From: Okamejei kenojei
Lineage: Eukaryota
Direction of reading: 5' to 3'
DNA length: 64,000 nt
Assembly (NCBI GenBank): GCA_035221665.1
Contig: CM069164.1
Location: forward strand, 14,570,001 to 14,634,000
Part shown: positions 50,038-62,710 of the stretch, piece by piece
How positions within the stretch are numbered: position 1 is the stretch's first letter
Layout: each line of letters starts with the position of its first letter
Made by a program: the position numbers and the translations under genes
The notes under the pieces: model-generated
Told to the model about the DNA's origin: nothing
What the model saw: the letters and a program-made list of their open reading frames with translations, nothing else
The model's database searches: none

Positions 50038-51507
50038 CTGGAGGAAGGTAACGTGAAACAAAAATTATATTACTTTGGACGTCTCAAAATTCCAGTTTCT
50101 CACACCCCAATGCATCTTTCACAACATAAACAGTCTTTCATGTGATTCAGTAAATGTCATCAATAAGAAAGAGAAAAATCTGCGATAATAGAGTTAAGAT
50201 CTCCTATAGTAGAGAGGCAAAGTTCTGCAGCAAAGACTTTATGCACTTAGATTATACCTCTCCCCCTAAGTAATGCATTATCAAAGTCCTCCTCACAATT
50301 CTTGGTTTTCCGCCCAACATACCTTATGTGTAAGGCAGTCCCAAGATTACCAAGCCTGAATACTTCAACTACAAAAATTAGAAGTTTCTCAGTTCCAGTG
50401 ATTCAAGGCTACAGTGTAACTCCCACATTAGCAGGGGAAAAAAGGAGACCAATCATGGCTTCAGCGCGTACTAAAATATTTACAGCCAATTGTTTATTTG
50501 TGGAGCACAGCATCCAGTAGGCAAAGTCTCAAAAACAACAATTTATAAATCAATGTGTTCTTTTTGTTGCTCGCTGGTGGATAAATATTTGCCAGGGCTC
50601 AGGGAAACTGCTCTGATCTTCCTCAAGTTCATCTTTCTTCCCATAAAATGGAGATTTACTTTATTGTTTAGTTTAGATATACAGTATGGGACAGGCTCCT
50701 TGGCCCACCAAGTATACGCCTACATGCACACTAGTTATATTATCCACTCTCTCATCCACTCCCTGCACATTAAGGGCAATTTTACGGAGCCAATTAACCT
50801 ACACACTCGCCTTTGGGATGTGGAAGGGAACTTGAGCGCCTGGAGGAAACGCACGTGGTCACTCCATAGAGTGATTCCACATAATGCCAGAGGTCAGGAA
50901 TGAACCAGGTCTCTGATACTGTGAAGCAGCAGCTCTACCAGCTGTGCCACTCTTTCTACTAAAATCATATTCTACTAAATTGCTTGAAAGATGAAGATTC
51001 AACTAGAGGACATTTTATTATGATATGGAACCTTGGAGTCAGCACCAAAACTGGGTTCACAATGAGCAGGAATCAGTCATATTATTAACTAGGTCTTTAT
51101 TTTGGACTACACCTGCATTACTGCTTGGAAACAGTTACAATCCTAACTCAAAACAATGACATTACATACATCTCTTAATATTGTTCTGCTTCATAAGACG
51201 CCTTCACCATTTCATCAAATCAAAAAAACACAATTACAAATTATTTAAAATTTTGCCATATAAAAAAAATCAATTATTTGCCAGGACTATGCAGCTGACA
51301 GCAAGACATGTAACATTTATCTGGAGTATTACAAGAATGTTTCAGTGCCCAAGGTGGCCATCAATCACAGGATGCAGCACGTTCTCCACCTTGTATTCAA
51401 TGCTCTGTAGACTTCAACATTATATTCCTTAGTCAATTCCAAAACAACGTCTTTCTCCGTCATCACACAACGATGAGCAATGAGGAAGCCGAGAGACAGG
51501 GATACAA

Positions 51508-52280
51508 GACCATGAGACAGGAGCAAAATTAGGCCATTCAGCCAAGTGAGTCTACTGTGCCATTCAATCATGACTGATGTATTTTTCCCCCATTAACCCC
51601 GTTCTCCTGCTTTGTCCCCTTAACCTTTGACACCCTTGCTAATCAAGAATCTATCCTGTGCTTTCAAAATACCCAATGACTAGGCCTCCACAGACACCTG
51701 TGGCAATAAACACAGATTCACCGCCTTATGGCTAAATGAATTCCTCATCTCTATGCTGAAGGTACATCCTTCTATTCAGAGGCTGGACCCTCTGATTCTA
51801 GACCTTCCCATTACTGGAAACATCCTGTCCATGTCCACTCTATTTAGGCCTTTCATTATCTGGTAGGTTTCAATGAAATCCCATTGCATCTAAACTCAAA
51901 TGAGTACAGGCCCAGCTTCAAACGATCTGCATTAACTCGATCATCCCCGGATCACTCTCGTACACCTCCTTTGGACCCTCTCCAAAGCCAGCTCACCCTT
52001 TCTCAGATATGGAGCCCAAAACTGTTCACAATATTCCAAATGTGGCCTCACCAGCACCTGATAAAGCCTTGACATTACATCAATGTGTTTATATTCTAGT
52101 CCCCTAAAAATAAATGCAGACATTGTATTTACCTTCCTTATCACACTCAACCTGTAAATTAACCTTTTGGGAACGCTGCACCAGCAATCCCAAGTCCATT
52201 TGCACCTTCGATTTTTGAATCCTCTCACCATTTAGAAAGTATCCGTATCTTTATTCCTTCTACCAAAGTGCAAAGTCCAC
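51508..52280 (-). mobile_element. Degenerate CR1 fragment
   Basis: ORF 51941..52231 (LYQVLVRPHLEYCEQFWAPYLRK). Boundaries approximate. Confidence 0.85.
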
Positions 52281-55200
52281 TAACAATCTCTATCCATGCT
52301 AGAACCTTGCCTCTACTACCATCTTATTATAAGCCTCACATACGGAACCTAATCAAAGGGCTTCTAAAATATGCCCTCAGGGAGAGCAGGATAAGATGAA
52401 ATGGAGCAGTTAATCTATACAGCTTTTCATAAATGTTTTCAGATCAATTGAAGATTATCAACACCACTTGATTTAATCATTGACACTATCATTGAAGTCC
52501 TGCACCTTCAGCCACAATCAATTCAATTCAAGGGTACTTTACACCACTCACTGCAACAAATAGGAAAGGAGCCAAGGCTCAGATGCCATGGATCAGATCA
52601 TCAATGGAGATGTGAAATCCGTGAAAAAGAGTCCCCCAGGTCCCACAATATATATTTTATAAAGCTGTTTACCTCGGATCACAAACTCAACAGTGAAGCA
52701 AATCATGTCCTACACACTTGATTCAAAAAACAAATGTAACTTCAGAGTTTCCCTTTATGTAAAAGTTCCTTAATTTAAGACCAGATTTATCCTGACCATA
52801 TGTAATATTCCAGGACTGGAATTGACCACAGAGCTTCTTTTGCTAAATTCTAAAGCACAATTCTCCTCCCAGCCAGACTGTCCACACACGACCCCAACCC
52901 TCACTGGGAAATAATGGCACAAACCTACAAGCCACAACACATAACAAAATAATGTAAAAAATCCTCCCACATGCAATCTAGAGCACAATAAAAAAACGGT
53001 CTCAAAGAGAAATCTGAATGCAGCCAACTGTAAGATTGGAACTGGCTAATCTTCATTTGCAGTGGGTATTGATGTAACACCTATTGTTACATTTTGAAAA
53101 ATTTCTGGTAAACTGGAGTAGGAACTAATAGCCAATTCCCACCAGTGTAATATAAGTATTTAGCTACATTCTGAACTCTTAAGTCATCCATTAGTTGCCA
53201 ATATTAATCCCTCAACTGATTGCCCAGATGGTTTATACCTGTGAGCATTGAAATTGGAGATCAGGTTGGAGCAGTAGAACTACTTATGGTGGTGCACAAG
53301 AGCCCAGAATGTAATATTACATAAAGCAAAGCTCAAAGTGAGCACACGCCAGTCATACAATGTGGCTCACTGTCCTTCTGAATTAACCAATGGTCAAAAT
53401 ACCATGAAAATAGGTGATATTTTCACCAGGAATTTAAAGAATTACAAAGAAGAGAGTTTATTTCAAGAACTAATCTGGCTACCATTATTCCTTCCACTGT
53501 CTTTTAGACATTCCTTGGTATAGCTGTCAAATATCAAGGCCAGCTTTGTACAATACACTTTGCTCCCCACAATTCCCACGGAAATGTTGTGAGATTACTG
53601 AAATTTCAAAGGCCATATTACCTCTTCTGCAAAAGACCTGGCCTCAATTCCTGATCTTTAAACCTCTATTTTTAATTTTCTTATGTCTGTCTAGATTGAA
53701 GCTTTAATTTAAAAGCAATAAAAATATTTTCCCACTGATCTCATTCATTTTCACAGCAAAGCTTGTCGGTCTTTTTTTTTAAACCATCTCAGCACAAATA
53801 TTAACAGCACAGATAACCCTTATTCATAATTTTCAACTCGGAAGGCACCAAAATTTGGTGTTCACTCCCATGGACTCTAGAAATGCCACAACACCTTGGG
53901 CCATCATAGCTGAAACATGTTTATATATCCTTCCAACAATCTGGAATGGAAAGGAAAACATAAAATAATCAGGAGCTTTTGGTAATATTTTACACCAATA
54001 GTATTGCTGACCCAATTAATGTCACATTCTGAGAATGCACCCAATTAATTGCTGTAATTTCTACATGGTGAAACCAAAATGTATAAAAATGGCCTTTAAT
54101 AAAATCTGACAATGTGCACTTTAACCACGTGATTTTTTTTCTATTACAAATCTGAAATTGTAGAGTACTGAGGCAAATAAATGAGTGATTGGTCTTTATC
54201 CCGAACATTATGGAGGGCACTGTAGCTGCAGCGCTCTACACTGGAATTTGCACAGAATTTGAATAAACTTTCAAAATGGATTTAAATAGCAATTCGAGAA
54301 CTGTAGCAAAAGTTCCAGGCTTTATTGTAAGTGTTGTGATCCTTCATCTTTCAGAAAGACCTACAAACTAATGCTGAAAAACAGCTAACTATTCTGGACA
54401 TACGTAAATAACTGCTAACTTCAGAAAATGCAGAAAGTGCGACACTGAATGTTAAAGGCAAGGCCTTCTATTTTTAAAATGTGCTTAAATGATTGAATGG
54501 AGTGCAGCTAGATAACTCTGGACCAGAAAAATCAGAACGGGCAGATCCTGCTGTGCTTGTGAAATGGGATTACTCACATGAGGTAAAAGCAATAGAAAAT
54601 CATTTTTTCTGCATATTGAACCACTCAAATGTCCAAGTCTAAGACTAAGTGCAAACAGAAATAATAAAATGTCCTGACTTCAAACATCCATGCAGCTTTA
54701 GCTGTGGCGTTTCAGCCCCATCTATAGCAAAAAAACAGAACTGCACCAAGTTTTACTCCAATTGCTTCTATGAATTTCTTGATCATCACCCCCCACCCCC
54801 CCCCCCCAGGAAGCTATTCAATGCATTGCATCTCTGCCAGTTCTTTAAAAGTAATTTAAATAGTTCCACGCCCTGTCCCTTATTCCAAAACCTTCCAAAT
54901 TTATTTCATAGCTTAAATTTAAATGTGCAATTAACATGACAGCCAGTGGAAGGATGTCAAGCGATCATCCCGATGATGGGAGTAAATTTCTGTTCTGGGA
55001 TCCACCAGGACAATCCGTTCTCAGCCAATAAGCTGTTCCTTCTAACACTCTTCAGTAGGTGCAAGGCTTTGTTAATTAATTTTTCCATTTTATGGGCTGC
55101 TCTTCAGCTACAAAGTCCTCCACATCCATCAAATATGGGAAACACTATCAGAATAGCTCCACAAGGATTGCAGTAGTTCAAGGTAGCAGCTCACACATAA

Positions 55201-55686
55201 ATTCCCTGGGATAATTATGGATGAACAGAAAACCCCAGCCACGCCAGAGACATCGGTCTGTTACAAATGAAAACAGGTAAGGCACTTCCACTGCAAATTA
55301 GTTGGCTTAATTTCAATAACAGCCTATTGATAAAATCTCTTAATTCCCTGGCTAGCATTAATTAATTCCATGTTGACCAGGGATTAGTGTTGGGAAGTTC
55401 TTGGTCAGTTTAGCTGAGTTAAACAAATCAAACGGCCTTCAGACTCACACTTTCTGGAACTGTTAACAACACTTTGCCACAGAGCATGAAAAACAAGGTG
55501 ATTGTGCCCAGGGGAGTTCTAGCAGCTATTTACTGAAAATCAATTGAAATCAGAGCCCAATAATTTCAGAAAATGCTGGGCACACATGCAGTGCCACACT
55601 ATCACCTTGGATACTCTATCAACAAGAAACTCTCCAAATAATGCTGTATCCGAATTTAATTTAAAGAACATTCATTGCCAGCTTAC

Positions 55687-55801
55687 CAAATGTGTCCTTC
55701 GCAACTTCCAAGTCTGCCTGCTCCTGTAGCTTCGCTAGTCGAAGTTTCTCTGCTAGTTGTTCCTCTGTCGAGAGCTCTGATGGTTCCTGCGCTTTTAACG
55801 A
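55687..55801 (-). CDS. EIF3J: eIF3j exon (~exon 5), 115 bp
   Basis: ttaag|TCGTTA...TTTG|gtaagc. Encodes SLKAQEPSELSTEEQLAEKLRLAKLQEQADLEVAKDTF. Confidence 0.95.
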
Positions 55802-57036
55802 CTTAAAAGAAATGTTAGACTGCTGCAGTATGACGTGCCTACAGTACCTCTCAGTAACATCAAAATACCACACCTGTAAATGTTTACTTTTCCTATTCCT
55901 CATTATTTCACAAATTCTATATTAATTTATTCTCAAGACATGGCATTGCCTATTCCTGACTAGGTTAAGGAGGAAATGGATCACCTTCCTGAACTGCCTA
56001 AGGTCTAAACAATGCAATGTTATGCCAGGGGCAGTTAAGAGTCAACCAAGTTGATGTTGAGCTGGAGTTGCATACAGATCCATACTGGGCAACTTCCTAA
56101 AGAACATGAGTAACCAGCTAGGTTTTGGAACAATCCATTCCCCTCAGTCACTTTGAGAACTGCTTTATAATTAATTTGTACCAAGTTGTCAAACTGCCAC
56201 TCTGTGATTTGAATTCACATTCAGTAACTAGTCTACTAGAAAAGGCGGCTCAGAAAGGTGTGTACCAATTTTCCTGGGGTGAATCATCTTCCTTATAGGC
56301 GAGTATGGACTTTTGATTCATTGAGATAGGGAATTCATGAAAATACCATAAAACTCCTTGTGCAACAACTCCTATCCAAACAGTGATCCAATCAAACCGA
56401 ATACCAAATATTCCAAGGACTGAATGCAGAAGAGAGCATGTCTAGTCAGCTGTGTTAAAAACCATGCTACTCCTTAATGGATTGTTCCATTAGAAATCCC
56501 CATGTTCACCAGCATCAGAGATAATGGTGCAACATGTTTGCATTCACCGTCTCTGTTAAAAATGTGAGAGCAAATTTTAAAGAAATATAATGAGCCAATG
56601 AATGATCTTAAAACAGGGATTGAGTTGTGACTTTGAAGTCTGACATAAATATCAATATGTGGGATGTTTGCCTGAGGTCAGATAACATATCATCCTTATA
56701 AAAAACAAATGTAAAACAAAATACTGGCAGAAATGTGATAAAACAAACCACCCATTCTCCTCAAATGCCATCTTTTACTTCTTCAATAAGATTACAATGA
56801 ATATTTACTGTTGCAGTTAAAACTCCTTTTGCATTTCCAAATTTCCAAGGGAGGGTTCAGTAGATGTGTAAATCCTGACTGCTTTGTGTTTAGTCCTGAA
56901 TTTTGGTCAGTGCTGACTGCTAGAGCATTTCACTGTCACATTTATAATCTATAATGGGATTCAATTCTCCCGCATGGGCCCTCTACTGGCTGAAGAGATG
57001 CTCATAGGAATTTCCCCATGAAAATAAGCAACTTAC

Positions 57037-57134
57037 ATTTTTTAGAGCTGCGATTTTCTTCTTCAGTTGCTTCTCTTTTTCCTCTTTCTCTTTAATCCTG
57101 TCACTTAATTTCTTCTTTTCTGAAACCTTGCCTT
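57037..57134 (-). CDS. EIF3J: eIF3j exon (~exon 4), 98 bp
   Basis: acag|AAGGC...AAAAAT|gtaagt. Encodes (E)GKVSEKKKLSDRIKEKEEKEKQLKKKIAALKN. Confidence 0.92.
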
Positions 57135-58097
57135 CTGTATTAAAAATTCCAGAAAGATTAGCACCCCAGCTGGTGACATGGTTTATATCATTTTATCAGT
57201 TATAAATAAAAATGATGCATTTAGTTTGCCATTCCGATCTGACCTGCAATATCCAACGTAATGTTTTCATTTGTCTGATGTGGGTTTAGTGGATGGAGTT
57301 CTATTTCCATTTTTTATTAAGTTTTTGTTTATTTGTCACGTGTATCAATGTATAGTGAAAAGCTTCCTTTTGCATCTCATATCAAATCAGATAACACTAT
57401 ACATAAATACAATCAAGCCAAACAAAAAGTAAATGAGTAGAGTGATTGGAAAGGTACAAAGTGCAGAAATATAATTATCATTATAGAGCATCAGTTTCAG
57501 AGTCGAAGTCCAATGTCCACAATGAGATAGAAGGGAATAGAACTGTACCCTAGCTTATGGAAGGATCATTAAAAGGGGAAGGATCAAAAACAGGGAACAT
57601 TAAAAGGGGAAGGATCTTTGTTGTTTATATTATATAAAAATGGCTTGAATGAGAACATCGTGATTGGTAAGTATGCACATGACACAAAAATTGGTGGAAC
57701 CATAGTCAACGATGGTGGTCTAAGGGCACAGTGGGATACAGATCAGCTGGATAGTTGGGTGGAGCGGGGCAGCTGGAAATGAATCCAAACAAGTATGAAG
57801 TAATACATTTGGGAAGTCACTGCGTGGCAGGATATATAGAGTAAATGGCAGGGAGATTAGGGGCAATGATGTACAGAGACCTTGCGGTGAAAGTCCATAG
57901 CTCACTGAAAGTGGCGATATAGGTGGATGGGGGCGCTATGCTTTACAGCATAGGACATGACATCGAGTATGAGAGTTGGTTCATTATGTTGCAACATTGT
58001 TCAGGCATAAGACATAGAACAGTACAGCACAAGAACAGGCCCTTTGGTCCACAGTGTCTGTGCCAAACATAATGCTAAGACCACCACTTAACCAAGC

Positions 58098-58526
58098 ATA
58101 GGCTCGGCGATCATTTCACTGAACACCTCCACTCAGTCCGCCTTAACCTACCTGATCTCCCGGTTGCTCAGCACTTTAACTGCCCCTCCCTTTCTGACCT
58201 TTCTGTCCTGGGCCTCCTCCATGGTCAGAGAGAGGCTCAGCGCAAATTGGAGGAACAGCACTTCATATTTCACTTGGGTAGCTTACACCCCTGCGGTATG
58301 AACATTGATTTCTCTAACTTCAAATAGCCCTAGTTTTCCCCTCTCTCCACCCCTCCCCCTTCCCAGTTCTCCCACCAGTCTTACTGTCTTTGACTATATT
58401 CTATCTCTGTCCCGCCCACTCCTGACATCAGTCTGAAGATGTGTCTCAACCCGAAATGTCACCCATTCCTTCTCTCCAGCGATGCTACCTGTCCCGCTTA
58501 AGTTACTCAAGCATTTTATGTCTACC
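58098..58526 (+). mobile_element. Penelope-like element 3' fragment
   Basis: ggctcggcgatcatttcactgaacacctcc...ggaggaacagcacttcatattt, then a degenerate hammerhead at ~58433-58460. Confidence 0.85.
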
Positions 58527-58796
58527 ATCACCTATCTACCTGCACATAACCCATATCACTCCATCCCCTGCATATCCATATGCCTTTCGAAAGTCTTTTA
58601 AATACCACCAATATATCTGCTTTAACCACCACACCCTGTAGCGTCTCCACCCTCTGTAAAAAAACATCCCACACATCTTTTAAACTTTGTCCCAATAACC
58701 TTAAAGCTGCTCTCTGTAGTATTTAATTTTTCCATCCTGGGAAAAGATTCTGACTGCCTATCCTATCTATGCCTCTCATATTTTTTATTTGTTTCT

Positions 58797-59352
58797 ATCA
58801 TGAATCATAGGTCATTTGCTGTACCCATTGTTCAAGATGTGGACTCTTGTACACCGGCGAGACCAAACGTAGACTGGGCAATCGTTTCGGTGAACACCTT
58901 CGCTCAGTCCACCTGGATCAACCTGATCTCCCGATTGCTAAACACATCAATTCTCCTTCCCATTCCAACACTGCCCTTTCTATCCTAGGTCTTCTCCATT
59001 GTCAGAGTGAGGCTAAACGCACATTGGAGGAACAACATCTCATATTTTGTTTGGGCAGCTTACAGCCCAATGGTATGACTTTGATTTCTCTAACTTCAAG
59101 TAACCCCGGCATTCCCTCTCTCCATCCTTCTCCCACCCATCACACCAGTTTCTCATTTTCACCCAACAAACAGCCTACATTTCATTTATCATCGTTACTT
59201 TTTTGCATATTTTTCATTCTTTATCTCTACATCAGCATCTACATCCCTTTCCCCTTAGTAGTCTGAAGAAGGGTCTCGACCCGAAACGTCACCCATTCCT
59301 TCTCTCCAGAGATGCTGCCTCACCCGCTGAGTTGCTACAGCTTTTTGTGTCT
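58797..59352 (+). mobile_element. Penelope-like element 3' fragment: GIY-YIG endonuclease C-terminal part plus 3' repeat with hammerhead motif
   Basis: ORF 58847..59266 (YTGETKRRLGNRFGEHL...PIAKHINSPSH...EEQHLIFCLGSLQPNGM) followed by CTGAAGA...GAAACGTC at 59263-59290. Confidence 0.9.
59263..59290 (+). ncRNA. Minimal type-I hammerhead ribozyme motif (antisense to EIF3J)
   Basis: CTGAAGA-A-GGGT[CTCG]ACCC-GAAA-CGTC. Core and stem II intact, loopless palindromic ACGT stem III, stem I only about 2 bp. Activity untested. Confidence 0.6.
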
Positions 59353-59385
59353 CCCTTAGAATTATAAAGCAATCTTCATTTTTAC

Positions 59386-59428
59386 CTGTCTTAAGTGACT
59401 TCTTTTCATCCTCATCATCCCAGTTGTC
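59386..59428 (-). CDS. EIF3J: eIF3j exon (~exon 3), 43 bp; exons 1-2 not found in the window
   Basis: catag|GACAAC...ACAG|gtaaa. Encodes DNWDDEDEKKSLKT, containing the conserved acidic DNWDD motif. Confidence 0.92.
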
Positions 59429-60334
59429 CTATGGAAACAAAAACAATTTAAATGACCATTTGTTGATGTAAAAACTTCCATCTATAAATGTAGCAAATTG
59501 TCCCAAATGTTCCACTGAAGGTGTAACAAGTAAAATGAGATTGATTACTCCAAAAGAAATTTAATTTAGGGCTTTGTGCCCTCTTGTTCTACAAAGAGTA
59601 AATATCTTTGTGAAAATGTATCATGAAGAAACATCAAATCATTTAAATCCTCGTACCTTATCAGATATTAATCAGAAGATATCAGCTGAAACCCTGGATG
59701 ACCATGAGCTGGTCTCAGGATAGCCACGAGCTGGGAATAGAAGGAACAGATTGTTCCTGTTTTTTCTCTATTTGCTTCAGTGACCTCTGGCAGTAAACTG
59801 TCTGTGAGAACAGTAATCAGGCCACAATCAGATTCCACTGAAGCCTTGGGATATTTGGTGGCTTAGTTTACACAGAAAATAATACGCTGGTGAAATACTA
59901 AAAGGCTTCCCAATCAGCAAAACAATTGCACAATGTGTTTGAACCACCACTGGGAGGTTGATATTAACTACAAAAAGAATGCACAGAATTTCAAAATCCA
60001 ACTTGGGATTGGCTATATTGAATTCATTCATTTAGGATCTAATGTTTTCATCCCATTAATTTCATGACAATAACTTTTCTTTAATTGCCATGTTGAAAAT
60101 CTGAAATTAAAACAGAAAATGTTGGAAACGCTCTGCAGGTCAAGCAGCATCTGTGGAAGGATAAACTGATTTAATGTTTCAAGTGATTCATCCATTCTGC
60201 TGAAGAGACCTTGACCTGAAATATTAAATGTGATGGCGGCCAGATCTCCCACAAATGCAGCCTGGCCCACTCAGTTTTTCCAGTTTTAATTTCAGCCCCC
60301 TATTAAATCACAATTGCCTGCAAATCCCTGCAAG

Positions 60335-60660
60335 TGACACTATAATTCCAGACACCATTTTGCCCGGCTTGGCAAGTACCCGGAACACCTATCGTTCAAC
60401 TCTGAGCAGGCGCCCCTCTCTATCTCTCTCTGTCACTCTCTGTCTCCGCCCGCCATCAGTGTCCGGGCCGGCAGTTCTCTACTCTCCGTCCGCTCCTCAT
60501 CCGCCAGCATGGCCTGCACATCATCGGCCGCCATGCACATGCGCACTGCCACGACAACTGTTTGGCGCTGGGCACTTTCTCCCTCTCTTTGCATTGTGGG
60601 AGATCTGGCCGCCATTGCTGTCTGGTCGCCACCTCGCGGCGACTGCTGAAAACCAACGCA
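60335..60660 (-). promoter_or_regulatory. CpG-rich patch with YY1, NRF1 and ZNF143-like motifs, candidate promoter
   Basis: Three CCGCCAT (ATGGCGG on the minus strand), GCACATGCGCAC, GCATTGTGGGA and ACTATAATTCCAGA within ~320 bp of an otherwise CpG-poor region. Confidence 0.45.
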
Positions 60661-60749
60661 GAATCACTCCCTGGAGCTGGAGTAACTCTTGCTTCTTGGT
60701 TTCCTGGTCCTCCAAAAATATTCCAAATGGAATTTAAACTGGAGTGGAC

Positions 60750-60955
60750 CCTCCACCACCAAACTCTGAAAAATAACAACCTATTGCACTTTATCTGTTT
60801 ATTTATTGTGTATATATATGGTCTATGGTATATAGACACACTGAACTTTTATCTCCCGTTCTGTATTATGTTTACATATTCTGTTGTGCTGCAGTAAGCA
60901 AGAATTTCATTGTCCTATCTGGGACACATGACAATAAAACTCTCTTGACTTGGAC
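60750..60955 (+). repeat. LINE 3' tail, with a partial inverted copy at ~61256-61350
   Basis: atgtttacatattctgttgtgctgcag..aataaaactctcttgacttg versus caagtcaagagtgttttatt..gcagcacaacagaatatgtaaacat. Confidence 0.65.
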
Positions 60956-61382
60956 TTAAGCAAAAAAGGGTTCTTGGGGAAAAAAGAGCTACCTTAAATT
61001 TAGTTGCATCTGATTGGGTAACTATGGTAGCGGGAAGACTATTCCATGCTTTAATTGTGCGGGGGAACTCCATGGAGCAGCCAGCATCACTGGATAGAAG
61101 AAATTGGGTGACGTTTCGGGTAGAGACCCTTTAGATTTCCTCTGGTTTTAGTGTTTTTAGTTTAATTTAAAGATACAGCATGGAAACAGGCCCTTTGACC
61201 CACCGAGTCCACGCCGACCACCCGTACACTAGTTCTATCCCACACATTTGCGATGCAAGTCAAGAGTGTTTTATTCTCTCACGTCCCAGTTAGAACAATT
61301 AAATCCTTACTTGCAGCAGCACAACAGAATATGTAAACATAGTACTCTGTAAACAATGTTATAAACAAGAAAACAAAAGTGT

Positions 61383-61531
61383 NNNNNNNNNNNNNNNNNN
61401 NNNNNNNNNNNNNNNNNNNNNNNNNNNNNNNNNNNNNNNNNNNNNNNNNNNNNNNNNNNNNNNNNNNNNNNNNNNNNNNNNNNNNNNNNNNNNNNNNNNN
61501 NNNNNNNNNNNNNNNNNNNNNNNNNNNNNNN
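61383..61531. other. Assembly gap (149 N)
   Basis: N run. Confidence 1.
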
Positions 61532-62218
61532 TTAATAAAGTTCTATCGTATAGTATTGTGTGTGTAGGAAGGAACTGCAGATGCTGGTTTAAACTGAAGA
61601 TGGACACAAAAAGATGTAGTCACTCAACAAGTCAGACAGAATCTCTGGAGAAAAGGAAAATATTACGTTTTGGGTTGTGTCTGAAAAAGGTTCCTGCACA
61701 CCTTTGGAATGTGGAAGGAAACAAGAGCACCCGGAGAAAACCCATTCGATCAAAGGGAAAAGGAGCAAACTCCATAGACAGCACCCATATTCAGGTTCAA
61801 TTCCAAGCTTCTGGCATTATTAGGCAGCTACTTTATGGCCAATGTATTGCCCCATGTCTTGAACTGAATTAAAACATACAGTAGCTGTAAAGGGGGACAT
61901 AGCGTCACTTAGAGATTTAAGACTGAAAATGGATAGTTTCTTTTTTTTTTTAAGGAACCAAAGTTATCAATGTATTTTTTTTGGGTGTTGGAAAACAAAT
62001 TATAGTGGCACAGCTGGTGGACTTGCTGCCTCACACGTCAGAGATCTGTGTTCGATCCTGTCCTTAGGCGCTGTCTGTGTTGAATTTCCTTATTCTCCCT
62101 GCAAACGTGTGGGTTTCCTCTCACATCCCAAAGACGCATTGGCTTTGGAGGTTGTCTCTGTAAAATTGCCCCTAATGTGTAGGGAGTAGGTGAGGATAAC
62201 AGAACTTGTGTGAATGGG

Positions 62219-62710
62219 TAGACAAAAATGCTGGAGAAACTCAATGGGCGAGGCAGCATCTATGGAGTGAATGAAATAGGCGACATTATGGGTCGAGACC
62301 CTTCTTCAGACTGATGTGAGGGGGGGGGGGGGGGGCGGGAAGAAGAAAGGAAGAGGCTGAGACAGTGGGCTGAGGGAGAGCTAGGAAGGGGAGGAGAAAG
62401 CAGGGACTACCTGAAATTGGAGGTCAATGTTCATACCACTGGGATGTAAACTGCCCAAGCAAAATATGAGGTGTTGCTCCTCCAATTTACGGTGGGCCTC
62501 ACTCTGGCCATGGAGGAGGCCCAGGACAGAAAGGTCAGATTCAGAATAGGAAGGGGAGTTGAAGTGCTGAGCCACCGGGAGATCAGATTGGTTATTGCAA
62601 ACCGAGCGGAGGTGTCGGGCGAAGTGATCGCCAAGCCTACGTTTGGTCTCAAAATCTAGAGCAGCTGACACCTAGAGCAGCTGATGCAATAGATGAGGTT
62701 GGAGGAGGTG
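62219..62710 (-). mobile_element. Penelope-like element 3' fragment abutting the CR1
   Basis: ORF 62381..62671 (ETKRRLGDHFARHLRSV...LPVAQHFNSPS...EEQHLIFCLGSLHPSGMNID). Confidence 0.9.

Noticed and set aside
58433-58460. Further hammerhead copies (also ~11560, 17240, 38250, 39110, 40403, 62283)
   Set aside because: Core or stem II mutated (for example GAAA lost or stem broken), so counted as decayed repeats rather than ribozymes.
59659-59671. 13-nt match to U2 snRNA (TTAATATCTGATA on the minus strand)
   Set aside because: Too short, and the flanks do not follow U2.
60514-60534. MAADDVQ as a fused EIF3J first exon using a GC donor
   Set aside because: The resemblance to DDVK is only a few residues and GCCATG is a poor GC-donor consensus.
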